NCBI RefSeq assembly: GCF_009914755.1
Contig: NC_060931.1
Strand: one strand, 5' to 3'
From: the human T2T-CHM13v2.0 reference genome, Homo sapiens
DNA: 64,000 nucleotides
The position numbers were made by a program, and so were the translations under genes. The notes beneath the pieces are model-generated. The model did not search any database. It saw nothing but the letters and a program-made list of their open reading frames with translations, and had not been told where the DNA came from. Of this stretch, positions 15,736-32,243 are shown in pieces; position 1 is the stretch's first letter, and every line of letters starts with the position of its first letter.

Positions 15736-16654
15736 GAAAAGAAAAATGGTGAGGGGAGGGGACTGTCTAGGTTACACAGAATGTATATCAGCAATATTTA
15801 GAGCTCCACTTCAAACAGTATTTTTGAACGTTCCTGGGTTGATATGCCTGTGCCTCACAAACTATATAAAATATGTAATAGCTTCATAGCTTTAAGATGC
15901 TATGTGCAACGAAGCTAAGTGTACCTCACTGAAGGCACTTAGGATACTGCAGACATTTATATTCTTACAATAATCTACCTTTATCCCTTAGTGTATTATT
16001 TTATCCAGGTAACAATGAAATATACACGTACAGGTCGGCACCATTCTTAAGAGACCAGGAAGAGATCAGAACTTGAAACTAGCTTTATCCACATATAATC
16101 CAAGTTATTTAGTCCTGATTTTTACACCTGTGAATAATCATTATCATTTGTCCTATGCGTGTAACCTTTTAACATTTGCTCTGGGACCATGCATTCAAGT
16201 ATATTTCACAAGGCCACACTTTACTATCCTTTTCAGGGAAATTATACAGATTCTGGAAATAACATGAAACATGAAATATTACCTGTTCATATTTAAAGCT
16301 CAGTGTGCCAGTGAACAAGAGTAGGAGAATAATAGTTTTAAAGTAGAATTGCTTAGCACCAGCTTTTTTAAAAGATCCATACAATAATACAATACTCTAA
16401 CCTGGATAACTGTTGCAAAGCTTTCTTTTGTTCAAAAATTTCTACTTGTTCATATTCATATATATATATTATATATGTAAATATGCATATATAGTGAGGA
16501 GTATGTATTCTTATGATGGGTGGTGAGCAGAATAATTAATGTGACATGTTAGGAATTACTGTCACAAACTAAAGAATTACTATCACATTGGTAAAGTTAG
16601 GCTCCAGAAATGTGTGTGTATGTTTGTGTGTGAGCACATATGTAACAGAAACCT

Positions 16655-17009
<355 letters not shown>

Positions 17010-18764
17010 TTAACAAGACTCTTCCGTCTCTGAGCTCAGATGCATACTTTTCAAATTATGTTTATTTCAAATCGAGTTACTTCAAACTGAGATCTATTCA
17101 CCTTGTCTGTCATAAATAGTTCATATAAAAACAAATATTTTAAGCCTAAGACATGTGAAACAAATTTGTAAAATGTTAACAAATATACTATATTAACATC
17201 GTTATGATGATACTAAAAGGAAGCCTCCATCACATGGTAAGTTTGACGATATTATAATCCAACTGCAGAATAAAAATGAAAACAATCATACATTCTTCTG
17301 CTTTAATACTGGAACAATGGAGGGAGAAGTTGGTCTACTATTACCTCCCAAATTAGTGTAGTTGTTCATACAAACACTTGAATAACTTAAAGAACTCTAA
17401 GCAATTACATTCAGTTGCCTTTTATTAGATCACAAATATGTGCAAGATGCCATGTAGAAAAGAGTATCCATAATATATAATCCTTGTTCTCAGAAAGCCA
17501 CAGTCTAACAAAAGCAATGTTAAAAGCATGAAAATGACAACAAAGAAAACAATATTTTACATGTATAGATTCTTATGTTCTCTTGGTGTTTGGGCATGAG
17601 TGAAGGTGTCATTGAGCACTGCACTGACCTCTCTAAAATATGTGAGGATAATTATTATCTTACAAATGTGGACTCTAGTGGGAAATAACTCAATCAAATT
17701 ATCAAGTATATTCATTGCTGAAAGGACCTTCAATCTTAGTGTCTTCTTCAATATATGATAACTACAGATGTGGGGATTTTTGCATGTGAATTAACAATCT
17801 CATCTAGTTTCAGGTACAGCCAAAAAATAGAAGTATGCACAGAAAATGAAAACCAAATTCATTAACACAGAAAATGAGAATATCCAAGAAAAACACTGTC
17901 AATTTAACACAACTTGTGTTCAAGAAATTTAGGTTATATCTCAGACTTGAAAAACAATCATTCCCATTTCCAAATAAAACAGGCCTTGATTTTAGCTGAT
18001 CTCTTCCAACAATTTAAAAGGAGCCATTCTTCTAATGTTTCACATTTAGAAAATCTGCTTTTTGGCCAAAACCTCTGCTCACCACACATTTTCTACTTCT
18101 TCAGTCCCACAAACGTTGCCTTCCCCTTCCTTTTTATGTTTTGTCCTCTTAGCCCTCTTTCTTATTCTCTAAGTGTATTCATCCCCTCACTGATGAATCA
18201 CCTCTTTATTCAATCCGAACCTTCAAATCAGTCATTCCAACTGTCTTCCCTATTATCTAGGATTTCTTGGCTGCTGGAATCTCCACTGTACCAGCTTTAT
18301 AAATCCCCAGATTTTTTTCCCTTTGTCCTTACACTTAAGCAAGGGTTTAAAACCCCATGTACTCATAGTAAATATATCTGCTATAAATTGAAGCTATTTT
18401 TCCTAAACAAGAACCCTAGTGTTGCTAAGAAATTGTTTTATTTTCTTATAAGATCACTATAGATTTATTATCAACAACTGTTTTAAAGCACCCTGCTCTT
18501 CCTCAAATCGACAAATATACATCTTTAATGTATTCTGTAAAGATGGTGTTGTTACCTGCTGTACTGATAGGACCAAAGCCATTTAGCAATAACTCCCTCC
18601 TTTTCCTTCCTTCACCTCCGAATTTCTCTTCCTTTCAGGGAAGAAAGATCTTTTCTCATTTTTAAGTCTAAGGTCTCTCACTATGTGGTCTCAATCCAAT
18701 ATTCTACAAACTATTGCTCAAATAAATTTATTCTTTATGTAATCACTTACTATTTATATTTTCA

Positions 18765-19830
18765 TTTATAAAATAAGTGTTAAGCACCTACTGTATACTC
18801 TGGATTGTGGAAGATTAGGGCATATTAAGGTAAAATTTTTTTGTCTACATTGTAGTTATTATCTTCAAGGGAATTCTGATAATTAAACTGAACAACTGTT
18901 AAACTTCACAGAAAGAACAAAAATAAGAGCTTAGAAAAAAATGCCATGGGAGATAGGGCATTGAAGGACTACACCAGAAAGAATTTGCATAAGTCTTAGT
19001 CAGAAGATATGACATATACTTCAAGATCTGAAGAATAACCAGAAACATCGCAGGTGAAGGAATGCATTTGCAAAATCACAGGAACAACGGAGAAAGTTGT
19101 ACACACAGAGAGTAGTCAAGAAAAAGGGAGGTGGTCAGAAATGATGACAGTAAGTTAAGCAGAGACCAGAATATGCAGGAAGTCATGTTCAGAAATATAT
19201 CTGGCCTACTGGCTCTGGACAAAGCCACTGAAGTGTTCTAGACCTAGTAATGACATTGTCAGGAGTATATTTTCAGAAGATCACTCCTGCTGCTGCAGAG
19301 AAAAACAAAACAAACAAAAACAAAACAAAAAACAACAATAAAAAACAATTGCAGTGAGGCCAAAATGAAGGCAGGAAGACCAGTTTGGTGGCTGTCATAG
19401 AAACTCAAATGAGAAAGGACAGTGACCTGGATATGGATGGGGTAGTGAAGATAGAGAAAGGAGACATGCAGAGATCAATTGAAAATAGAATTGATGAATT
19501 ATGCTCATTGATAATATGTCGAATGTAAGAAATAGTGAGAAAAATCATAAAAAAGAAACTTCTGATTTGAATAATTGCTTGTAGAGGAGATACAAGAGAG
19601 CATGTGAGCAAGGGAACATTTGAGCGATGGAAGGAAGACAAGCTCTGTTTAGTGCGTCTTTAGAGAGCCTTGTGAAGACCCAAAGGACATGAATAAAAAA
19701 GCTTAGGAAGGAAATGTGAACTAGAGTTGAAGTTATTTGAAACTGAGCCAGTGGAGTGATTAGGAGTGTACAGAGTAAAAAGAAAAAAAAAAAAGAGAAG
19801 AGAAACTAAGACCTGGAGAAAGGTGAGGAA
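18765..19830 (-). mobile_element. L2-like fragments
   Basis: TTAAGCACCTACTGT start and AAGATCACTC.TGCTGC motif in a purine-rich stretch; boundaries approximate. Confidence 0.5.
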
Positions 19831-20378
19831 AAGTAGAAAGGATTCTCACAAGTGGGGAGTTGCAGAAAGGAAGGAAGGAGATATAGTTCTTCCTTAGATT
19901 TTTATTCTTTCCCTTTTTAATGACTGTCTTTAAATACAAATATGTACTTTAAAATTTCTTTATCCTGAAAATAAACTTCCACAGACACTGTATGCTCTAG
20001 AGTCTCATGATTCCTTGCATTCATTCTTTAAACTAGAGGACTTTTTCAATGGGTACATGTATATATCCTGCGGTTTTGCATCCTTCACTACTATTGTATT
20101 GATAATCAACCAGAACTATCAAATAAAAAAAATAGATTTGTATACTTATCCTGCGTTGTCTTCAGACATTGGCACAATACAATTTCACATGTTTTTAATA
20201 TTTCCATTGCTTTTTCTGGCTTCTTGTGGCTTTTCTGACTCTGAACCTGAATTGTAAGCTATCTAAACTTCACTATTTCATTCATGACTTCTCTTTCCCT
20301 TTTTCTAAACTTCTGTATATATTCTTAAATTTTTCTTTAGGTGTCCTTTATTTTCTTTTACTTCTATAAATGAAGTAA

Positions 20379-20734
<356 letters not shown>

Positions 20735-23169
20735 TGTTAATGATCTTATATTTACTTATTTCTCTTTGAGAACATATATTTCTATAGCTTCGATTTCATC
20801 AAGCTATGTCAACTTTCCTATTTTTTTTTTTTAGACCCAATGCTGCATTTCAAAATTCTGGATAAAAATTTCTATCTAGATAACTCACTACAACTTTAAT
20901 TTATCATATCTATTTCTTAATTTTATAAGAAATATCTTAAGTAATTTCTTAAGTTTATAAGTTTCTTACTTACAAACTTTCCTCTTGAAACTGCTTCTGC
21001 TCCTACCTTTTTCATTTTGGTAAATCTCATCAAAATAAAATGTTATTTTACCTTAAAACTTTCCATCTCTTGCAGGACTTCTTTTTCACTGCTCTAAATT
21101 TAATACCAAAAGTATTTATATGGTTTTCATTTTGTTTTCTTGTTTTATAATCTTAATGTTGCCAGTATAATTTGTGTCCTTATTATTTTACAGTAATATT
21201 TTGGAATAATATAACTGGTCTTCCCCCTGCATTATCTATTTCCTCTAAGCCCCCCATACAGTGTACAAAAATAAATATGAATGCATTTATACAATACATT
21301 TTCCAGAACAGATTTCAGGTTTCACAGATTTGAGAAATTAACACAATTTAAGACATACAAACCAAAAAGACAAAACTGATGTACTGACATTACTCTGTCA
21401 GGACAAAGGCTAAAAGTATCTACCACATGGATCAATATATATACTTGAGGTGGGTCACGATTTTGGCTCCCAAGTTTTTTAGCACGATAGGGAAATGGGA
21501 AACCTTGTCAGTTACATTATTCACAGTGTTGCTAATATGCATTAACTAACCTTGATATATCTTTCCACCAGAACTGACCATAGACTCTCATTAGGAATCC
21601 TTTAATTAAACTGTTTATCATTCTACAACACCTTATCTACTGTCTTTATAAGCTTGTTGTTCATGTGACATAGAAAGAATATTTGCTTCTACTTATTTTA
21701 TACCATTTAATTCTTTTTAAAATATCTGCATTTTCATATTTGTCTTACGACAGGCATTTGCCCTATATTTCTCCCTCTCTCGCCTTCAGCTTCTATATAT
21801 AACAATGTTTTCCAGTAAGCTTATTTTTAATCTTTCCCGCTGCAACTATCCGCATGTAGGCCCTTATCTTTTCTCTCCTGGCAGTCACATTCACTCTGTT
21901 TTTTCCCTGCCTCCGGCCTTACCATCTCCAAACCACGTTGTATGGTCTATTGCCTTTTAACACACAAACCTTTCCCTGGCATCTGGTGCATATTCCACAA
22001 TTAGAATCTATAAAACTCTATCTTAATCACTTGTTTCCCTCCATCATCTTGTAAACTAATATCCCTATTTTTTTCTTTTTCTTTCTTGCTAAGCATAAAT
22101 CCTGAAACAGTGCATAGTTCCCAAATGACTCAATGAATGAATTAATACATAAATGAATCTCCTGAACTAAAAATTGGTAGGTTCTTTTGAAAGAAGGAAT
22201 TACATTTTCTTGTTTTTTGGCATGGTTTACAAGTTTTTTGGATGAGTCGAGCTTATCATAGACTTGAAAATGTTTAGGTTGTCAGTTAAAGAAATGCTTA
22301 TACATGCTTCTTTAAATTTGCTACTATTTCTGCAAGATATTATACAATGGCAGGTTTTCAAAATGCTTTTTTGAAATTTTATGAATGTTCTTTTTACATA
22401 GAAGAAGCTGTTCTTTTCTTTGCATTAGATAATTAATGCATTAAAATTTTCTATTTGCAATTCTTCAGAATTAGATTTTGTCAATAGGATTAAAATAATA
22501 GAAAACATGTCTCTCAATTTTATGTAGCTAAGAACAATGCATATTTGGAGATCAGAGATTCCCATTGTCCTGTGAAACTACAAGAAATTCAATAACTTGC
22601 CTTGTCATCAAAAACTCCCTACGGAAAAGGTTTACCAATATCTATTCAGATTGACCTACTTTATTAATTCCCCTCGGTAACCTAAGAAAGTTCATGATAT
22701 TCACAAAGGAAGCTATTCTATGTCCAGTCACTCCCATTAAATGGCAAGCAGAAATGAAAAACTCAAATCTAATAATTAGGTTTTCTTTTTAAACCTGTGT
22801 CCTGTGGCCCATTAAAGTAGAGAATACCTATTTTCAGCCTGCAGATAGAAATTATTGATTTCACTGTGGCCACTGAAACTTAATGACACAAATACAGATC
22901 TTTAATAATGTATACAGCGACCCTGGATATCTTTCCACGTGAAAATGTTATCTACTCTGTTCACAAAATGCCATCTAACAATAGTGTAAGAAAATATTTT
23001 TGAAATTTGAAAAGATTTCTTGCTTTGTGAAGCAGAAAGTCATTGTGAATGTATATTAAAAGCTGAACATCAAAAGGAAGTGGCAATATCCATTTTAGCA
23101 AGATCAAAGTGCACTAATCTCACTGCCATAAAACTGCAATGTAAACACTATGAAAGGTAAATAGAATTG

Positions 23170-23380
23170 AGAAGGATTCTTGCATCTGCATAGCTTAAGT
23201 GGTATGCCTTTGGGGAAGAAACTTTGTATTTACAGATACCACGGCCATTTTGCAATGTCCTCAGCACATAGTGGAAGCTGAACAAACAATCACATTTACT
23301 AATCTTGGGCCAATGCTATCATGTGAAGCATGGAATCTTTAGTCATGATAACAGCAATAAACGCTGAGTAAATACACCAC
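23170..23380. mobile_element. Probable MER121 ancient conserved repeat
   Basis: Minus strand reads GACTAAAGATTCCATGC...ATGTGATTGTTTGTTCAGCTTCCACTATGTGCTGAGGACATTGCAAAATGGCCGT.GTATCTGTAAATAC, which I recall as the MER121 core; not checked against a database. Confidence 0.6.
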
Positions 23381-24125
23381 TCTTCTCTCTTTCCCCTTTA
23401 TACCTTTACCACCCCCTTGACATTCTTCCATACCTCATCCCACAGATGGCATTTCTTGCAAAATTCACGTTTGGGCACCACCTGCCACTTGTAACAGTAC
23501 CACTCTGTTGAAATATTTTTAGCAGCTGCAAATTAAACTGTCCTTCAGGTGCAATCTTACACTTAATGAAAATGACACCTTGGCACAGGACACGCGGCTG
23601 CACTTATGATTCATTTGGCAGCTTGAGCTTATTTAAATAATGAATGCATTTTGCTGCTCTCAGCATTAGAATCAGACTGAATGTCTAGTACAGCAACATT
23701 TTGACCAGCATTTGGCTGGACCTATCCCTTCCACCAACAAGCCCCCCAAAGGACAAGAACAAAAATATTTTTTCTGAGAATGAATCAAATGTACAGAATG
23801 ATTAATTAAGGCATTTGGGGTATCTGTAAATTTAAAAGTTGGGATACATATTGGTTTTCTAGGACACAAATTACATAAATTTCATTTGTAAAAAGGGTGG
23901 AATTAATAATTATAAACTCTCTTGCACAAGTGCTGCGAGGCCTAGTTAATTTCACAACACGAACCACTCAGCCAATCCTCTTGTAAAACATGTCAGAGGT
24001 TGCAGAGCAGGGAAGGCGGAACATATAACCCCACTGCAGAAAAATGGCAGAAATCCCCTCTCTCTCTGAATCAACAGGAACACCACCTATGAAAGGAAAA
24101 AACAAGGCTTTAAAATGTAGATAGT

Positions 24126-24427
<302 letters not shown>

Positions 24428-24654
24428 TTAGTTCACAGAAATATACATACACATTCTTTTCTTCACACTTTAAAGGAGGTCCCAGTGACATTATAACTAT
24501 GAAGGAAAACTCTTTCAGAAAGCAACATAAAAAGAAGCAAGTTTTTCCTTCACTGTACTTATATAAAAACTGTTCTGTGATAGGATTCAGAGAAAATGGG
24601 TAGAAATTAGGCTTCTCCCAGTCACTAGATTTGTTACTTCAAAAATAACAACTT

Positions 24655-24969
24655 GGCTGGGCGCGGTGGCTCACGCCTGTAATCCCGGCACCATGGGGAG
24701 GCCAAGGCGGGTGAATCACTTGAGGCCAGGAGGTTGAGACCAGCCTGGCCAACATGATGAAACCTCGTCTCTACTAAAAATACAAAAACAAATTAGACGA
24801 GTATGGTGGCACACACCTATAATCCCAGCTATTCGGGAGGCTGAGGCACGAGAATTGCTTGAACCCAGGAGGCGGAGGTTGCACCACTGCACTCCAGCCT
24901 GGGCAAGAGAGGAGACTCTGTCCCTGCACACCCAATGCCCCCCCACAATAAAAGAAAAAAGAAAAAAAA
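24655..24969 (+). mobile_element. Alu (AluS-like, right-arm deletion, C-rich degenerate tail)
   Basis: Alu consensus lacking the GTGAGCCGAGATCGCG segment. Confidence 0.92.
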
Positions 24970-25185
24970 TCAACTAGCCTCAGTTACTTGACTATCAGAA
25001 AGTACATATCTTTGAGGAGTGTTGGGAGAATTAATTAGGGAATACACATACATCTATCTATCTGCCAATGCCAAGCATATTATTGGTCTTCAAAATTGCT
25101 AGCTGTTATTATTTTATAACATTGTTTTTAAAACTTTGTGAAATATTGTATACAAATATATGTTTAAAAGTTAATGGTAACATAA

Positions 25186-25496
<311 letters not shown>

Positions 25497-26842
25497 TAAT
25501 GGTAACATAAACTTAGATTACCAGTGGAAGCAAGTTGGTAGCTGATAAGGATTCTAAAAACCTGCTAAAGACAACTAAGATGAACAAAGACTAATTATAA
25601 ATTATGTAAATTATAAAACTATATTAATATTTCCAATATCACAGCCTCAGGCTTCAAAATATTTACAAAGAAACTAGCTGGGAAATTGGTAATGGGGAAT
25701 AATTATCACCAGATGACTGCCAGCACACCAGGATGGCAGCCACAGTGACTGGTTTCTTCCCTTTTCAGCTATGCCACAACATACAGAAAACAAAAGCCCC
25801 AAAGAATCAATAGACCATGAATGGGAACTTTCAGCACATTAAGAATGCAGGGAATGCAACATAAGGTCATCTCACATTCTTAGCTAACAGCCTAAGCAGA
25901 GGAGATATATCATTTTTGGCTGTGGAATAGAATAACCTCTGGCTGCCAAGGAACGGGCCTGGAAAAACTTCTGATGCTAGCTGGCTGGGAAACTGTGAAT
26001 AGCCTTTGGGATAGTTTAACCCCAAGAAAAGTTCAAGATGAGTCACATCAGGAGAGAGAGAAGGGCTGATTAGAATGAAAGATAAACACAGAAGGCAAGT
26101 GAAAATAATAGATACTGTTTATTGCACCCTTTCCTTCTGTACTATCTGCATTATCTAATCCACACATACCCCAGAAAGAAATCCTGGGATTAAGACCCAG
26201 CGAATGTTCAAGGTACAAACTAGTAACTGGCAGAGCCAGGGCATAACAAGAGCCGAGTTCCTTCTACTGCCTCAAGCTACATGGAGTGTTTGCACCTATG
26301 TAATTTGCAATATGTCTCTAAGTTGCATGTACTTCTACACTATTTGGTTATTTGATTTACTATTTTAATATACTTTTTAATCATTAATCAAGAGAATAGT
26401 GGGAAAGATTGCTACCTTCTAGCACTACAAAATAAGTCTATTTGAACTAAATGGTCATAACCAAAAGCAACGGTTCGTAGTTTTCCTCAAAAAGGCAAAT
26501 GACGGAATAAGAAGTGAAAGGCTTTGGGATATTGGACTTACAAGCATAAATACATAAAGTCATCACGAACATCACTGTGGTGTGGAGTGCCCTCAACTCT
26601 GTACCTTAAATCAAATTAAGTACCTCGTATCTCTTATTCAACCCTGACTTTGAGGAGAAAATGTTTTTCCACCTTCATCTTTTCAGTTTCATCTCCCATA
26701 TCTATTTAACTGGCAATTACTACCAATTCTCTACTAATAATTTTTAGAATATTTTTCACTTATTTATTTGTTTTCTATTAAAAGTCTTCTCATCTCTCTC
26801 CTAAAGTATTGATGTGACCTCTAGAAAGAGTCCCCTGCTTTG

Positions 26843-27397
26843 AACTACCATGCAACCCAGTGAACCCATTACTAGGTATATACCAAGAAGAATATAAATC
26901 ATTGTACCATAAAGACACATGCACATGAATGTTTTTTGTAGCACTGTTCACAATAGCAAAGACATGGAATCAACCTAAATGCCCATCAATGACAGACTGA
27001 ATTTAAAAAATGTAATTAGTGCATGTACACCATGGAATACTATGCAGCCATAAAAAGGAATGAGATCATGTCCTGTAGGAACATGGATGGGGCCGGAGGC
27101 TCTTATCCTTAGCAAACTAACACAGGAACAGAAAACCAACTACTGCATGTTCTCACTTATAAGAGGCAGCTAAATGATAACCACTTATGAACACAAAGAA
27201 GGGAACAGACACTGGACTCTACTTGAGGGTGGAGGGTGGGAAAAGGGAGAGAAGCAGAAAAAAATAACTATTGGGTACTAGGCTCAATACCTGAGTGATG
27301 AAATAACCTGTACAACAAACCCCTGTGACACGAGTTTACCTATAAAGCAAACCTTCACGTGTACCCCCAAACCTAAAATAAAAGTTAAAAAAAAAAC
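26843..27397 (+). mobile_element. 5'-truncated older L1PA 3' end (~550 bp)
   Basis: CATGGAATACTATGCAGCCATAAAAAGGAATGAG...CTAAAATAAAAGTTAAAAA. Confidence 0.88.
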
Positions 27398-28974
27398 TGC
27401 AAGCAAAATTATGTGTGTGTACCTACAAAAAAATGGACCATTGCTTTAAATAATTTTCTTCCAAATCAATATTTTACAATATTTACAAGGTATATCTCTA
27501 AATATACACAATTTTTTAATGGTTTTTCATTGACTAAGCAAATTCAGATGCCTTTAAAAGACATGCAATGTCTCTGCTACCTAGTCCCTGGATATACCTA
27601 ATTCTAGGCTTGTTCCCAGTTGAATTTCCTTGTATCCTCCTATCTTACCACTTGGGATTCCCACAACTTTTATTCTTAAATTACTTTATTTATGAAAATT
27701 CCTTTACCAAGAATCATGACAATTTTTCAAGACCATTTTCAAATATATTTCACGAGTTCTTTCTCTAAATTTGTCAGGTGGAAATTTATCTTCTGCATTT
27801 TTATAATACAGTATTTTGTTGGATTTTCAATGAGTTACCAGCCAACCAGCACTAGTTTATTCTTTAGAGCAATACAAATCTGGGTTTCTATTTCTATTTC
27901 ACTAAGTTTTTTGTTTGTTTGTTTGTTTTTAGTTAGAGTTTGCCATTCATCTTTGAATCCTCTCTAGTTCCTAACAATATATTACCCTTTAGGATACTTG
28001 GTTACTTGAACTCAAACAGACACTATTATATATACTTACATAATTGGCTTATGGTTTACAAACTGCCTTCATGGAGATGAGGTGGCAGTGTTAAGAAGCT
28101 GTCACAGTATCCAGTTTAGCTCCACCATTCAGTTACTGTGTGACCATGAGCAAGTTAACATCTCTGTCTTGAGTTCTCACTCATAAAGTGAGAATTTGGA
28201 GACATTATAAAGATAATAGAGCTGATACACCTGGACTTAGAACAACATACTATTGTGAAATATCTATCTTTATTGTTATCCCATGGTTGATTACTTCTGC
28301 TTCATTATTAAGAAATGTGTTTACCACCAAAAATCATTTTCTAAAAGTGTGTTATTGACGTCATCAAAATACAAGTATTCTTTCTGAAAATTGAAGTGGA
28401 AGACATATCATTATTAATCATGTAAGAAGGGTGTACCGATGTCCGAAGCTACTTTGTCTTAATAAAAAGAAAGATGATTGATGAATGGAGAGAGGAGTGA
28501 TTGGAGAGACACACGATACATTGCAGTAAATTGTAAATTTATAGAATCTAGGTGGAAGACAAAGGTTTATAGCTGTAAAATTATTTTAACTTTCCTGTAT
28601 TTGAAATTTTTCATATCAAAATATTAGAAAAATACTTTTATGCTTCCCAAAAATAAAAAAGTAGCATTTGTTTTTAACATTCAGGAAAGGTGAACTTAGG
28701 TGAATATGAGGACTAAGGCAAAACTAAGAAAATACAATATGTAAATACAATAATTATAATGGGTGATAAATGATATCATTTAGTTTCTTTTACTAGTACT
28801 GTCATTATCCTAATGATTCACACTTATCCATAAACTGGAACAAAATCAACAAAGTATGTTCTTTTTACTTAAATATTATGGTCTTTAACATTTTATAATT
28901 CAATAGAAAACTTTTTATAATGTAACTGGCTATATGCTATAGAATTACTTTTGAAAATTAAATGTATAATAAAG

Positions 28975-29303
28975 TTTGTTTGTTTGTTTAATTTATTTAT
29001 TTATTTTGAGATGGAGTCTCACTCTGTTGACCAGGCTGGAGTGCAGTGGCACGATCTCGGCTGACTGAAACCTCTGCCACCTGGGTTCACGTGATTCTCC
29101 TGCCTCAGCCTCCCGAGTAGCTGGGACTACAGGCGTGTGCCACCACCCCCTGCTAATTTTTATTTTTATTTTTTTTTGTATTTTTAGTAGAGACGGGGTT
29201 TCACCATGTCAGCCAGGATGGTCTCAATCTCCTGACCTCGTGATCTGCCCGCCTCGGCCTCCCAAAGTGCTGGGATTACAGGCGTGAGCCACAGTGCCTG
29301 ACC
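28975..29303 (-). mobile_element. Alu (AluY/Sc-like)
   Basis: Reverse Alu consensus; TSD ATAA(A/G)GTTT. Confidence 0.94.
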
Positions 29304-30190
29304 ATAAGGTTTATTTTTTAAGACAATTAATTCTGTCACATTTCAACTTTGCATTTCTATATTATTGATTGACTGATTCCCATCCTGATATCTCAGAATA
29401 ACTTTTCTACCATGGTGAATGAATGCCTCAAACTGAATTGCAGGAATATAGTGCTGAGCACAAAACATGTTTCAAGGAAAGTGCTGGGCATATTAACCTA
29501 ATTTAGACTAAATGGATATATCAAAATTTATATAACTTTTTTTGTTATTTTACATCATGATTTGATAATTATTATCTACTAAATCGTGACCTATGCTTAA
29601 ACTCTTTTATCTTGTAAGTATGTGGTGTTTTCTAATGACTGTTTAAGAGACAATTCTTCAATATTTCAATGTGGAATGACATAATTATGTGCCTTTAAAA
29701 AAGGATTTTTACAGTGCTTTTTGTCCATTGCAGATTGCGAAAGTTGCATATAATATCTTGTTATTTACAAGTTCACTACAAATAATGATTTAGAGATTTG
29801 TATTTTATAATGTTAAATATGGATTCGAAGGATTTCAATGTGTTTTGATTAATCTAGCTACTTTAACTATAATGTTTATAGGCATTTCTATAATATTTGG
29901 TTATTTATTCCTTCTTAACTGCAGGAAGCTGCCATATTTACAGATGCTTCTTTGCATTAGGTCTTCAATAAATAAATTCATATTGTAAATGTATTCATCC
30001 ATCATCAACTGTCCTTTCATAATTTACATTATTATGCTTTTGAATTACATTAGGTATAAACCTAGTGTGTGATTAGATTATATGCTCTTGTCATTTGAGA
30101 ATATCTGATATAATTTCATTCAGAAAATAATCTCTAGGAACAATTTTTTTATTATCTCATAAGGTTACACATTTGCACACACATCCCTTC

Positions 30191-30220
30191 CACATACACA
30201 CACACACACACACACACACA
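30191..30220. repeat. (CA)n microsatellite
   Basis: About 12 perfect CA units; other CA/TG tracts at ~13832-13866 and ~56997-57033. Confidence 0.9.
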
Positions 30221-31372
30221 TATTTTAGAAAGTAGTAATTTGGATATTGACTTTGATTACATTTAAAGACACGAAGACAAAACAGATGTTTTTAATGAGT
30301 TTCTATAAAATTGAAAAGATTTGAAGGAAAAGATGATCGTCTTTTTACATTGTCAACGTAAGACATGTCAATATAAAAGAAAATTAAGTGGAATATAAAT
30401 AAAAACACACTTCTCTTTAAAAACAAAGTTATCCTCTCAGTGTGGCTCATGTTCAAGAAGTAATTAAAACATTTTTCTACAATGCAATTAAAAATAACTT
30501 TTGAACTTGGATGAAGTAAACCAAGGCAGCAAACCTTCATATCCTACAGCTAAATAATATAGAACTTTCTATTTAGAAAGCCTTTGCTCTGTGATAGCAA
30601 GTAATTTATATGATTTTACTTAATCAATGACTTCACACTAAAACCTTCTCTTTAAAGGGAAAATTGGTAGTGATTCAAGAAACATGGTATTTCCTAACCT
30701 ACCTCATTTTTAAATTAGAGCACGTTTTTCTTCCCTTTGCCAGGAAGTTCATCAAATTTTTAGACATTATGCTTACTCTGCTTTATGAAATGAGATGAAA
30801 CAAGTACATTTAAGTGTGTGTGATTTATTTTTTTAAAAGTTTCAGTGCTTCAGCAGGAGCTAAAAAAAATTGAACACACCAAAAAGATATAGTACAGGCA
30901 TGATTTAAATCTCTCTGAGAAGAAAGAAAATATACCAATTCTTCCTTTCAACTCTTTCTGCAATCCACAGTCATATCTCACTCATTGGTTATGTTTAAAA
31001 TAAGGAGTCTAGATAAGTTTAAGATGCATCTCATATACACATATATGTTTTTGAAAGAACAATTATAATAACAGATTCCTTGAATTAATAACGTATTTTT
31101 ATCCATTAAGAACTTTAATTGGGATTCAACCCTTTCTTCACTATGTTAAGAACATTTTCTTCTTCTCCTAGCTAACATATTTAAATTGATCAGAAAAACA
31201 ATGATTTTATCTAATTTTTAACACTGTACTTGGAAAAGCACATATTTCATTTTAAATATTAAGTTAATGAACTGAGCTAAGAAAATTCTTTAATAGGATA
31301 GATTGTATAATTTTATTTGGAATATTTGGATATTCATAAATATATTTGCTTCTAGTGTTACTTTTGGTCAAG

Positions 31373-31676
<304 letters not shown>

Positions 31677-31937
31677 CTGTCCAGTATTTTTATTGGTGAT
31701 ATTACAACCTCATGTAAGTTGGATGACTTGAAAATCTTTTTCATCTTTGTCTATGCTCTAAAATGCTTCTTAAAGGTTTCATATAATTTTCTTGCCCACA
31801 TATTCTACACATGAGTCAAAGATAAACTGATTGACAATAAACATGGTCAAAAACCAAACAAACAAAACCACTAAGCAATGGAAAAACAAAAGCAAATACG
31901 TAATAATAACTTATTGTTTTTTGTATTAAAGTGTCCT

Positions 31938-32243
<306 letters not shown>

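Noticed and set aside
17914-18462. 182-aa plus-strand ORF
   Set aside because: Non-ATG start, L/S/F-rich composition, no recognisable domain and antisense intronic position; most likely a chance ORF in pyrimidine-rich DNA.
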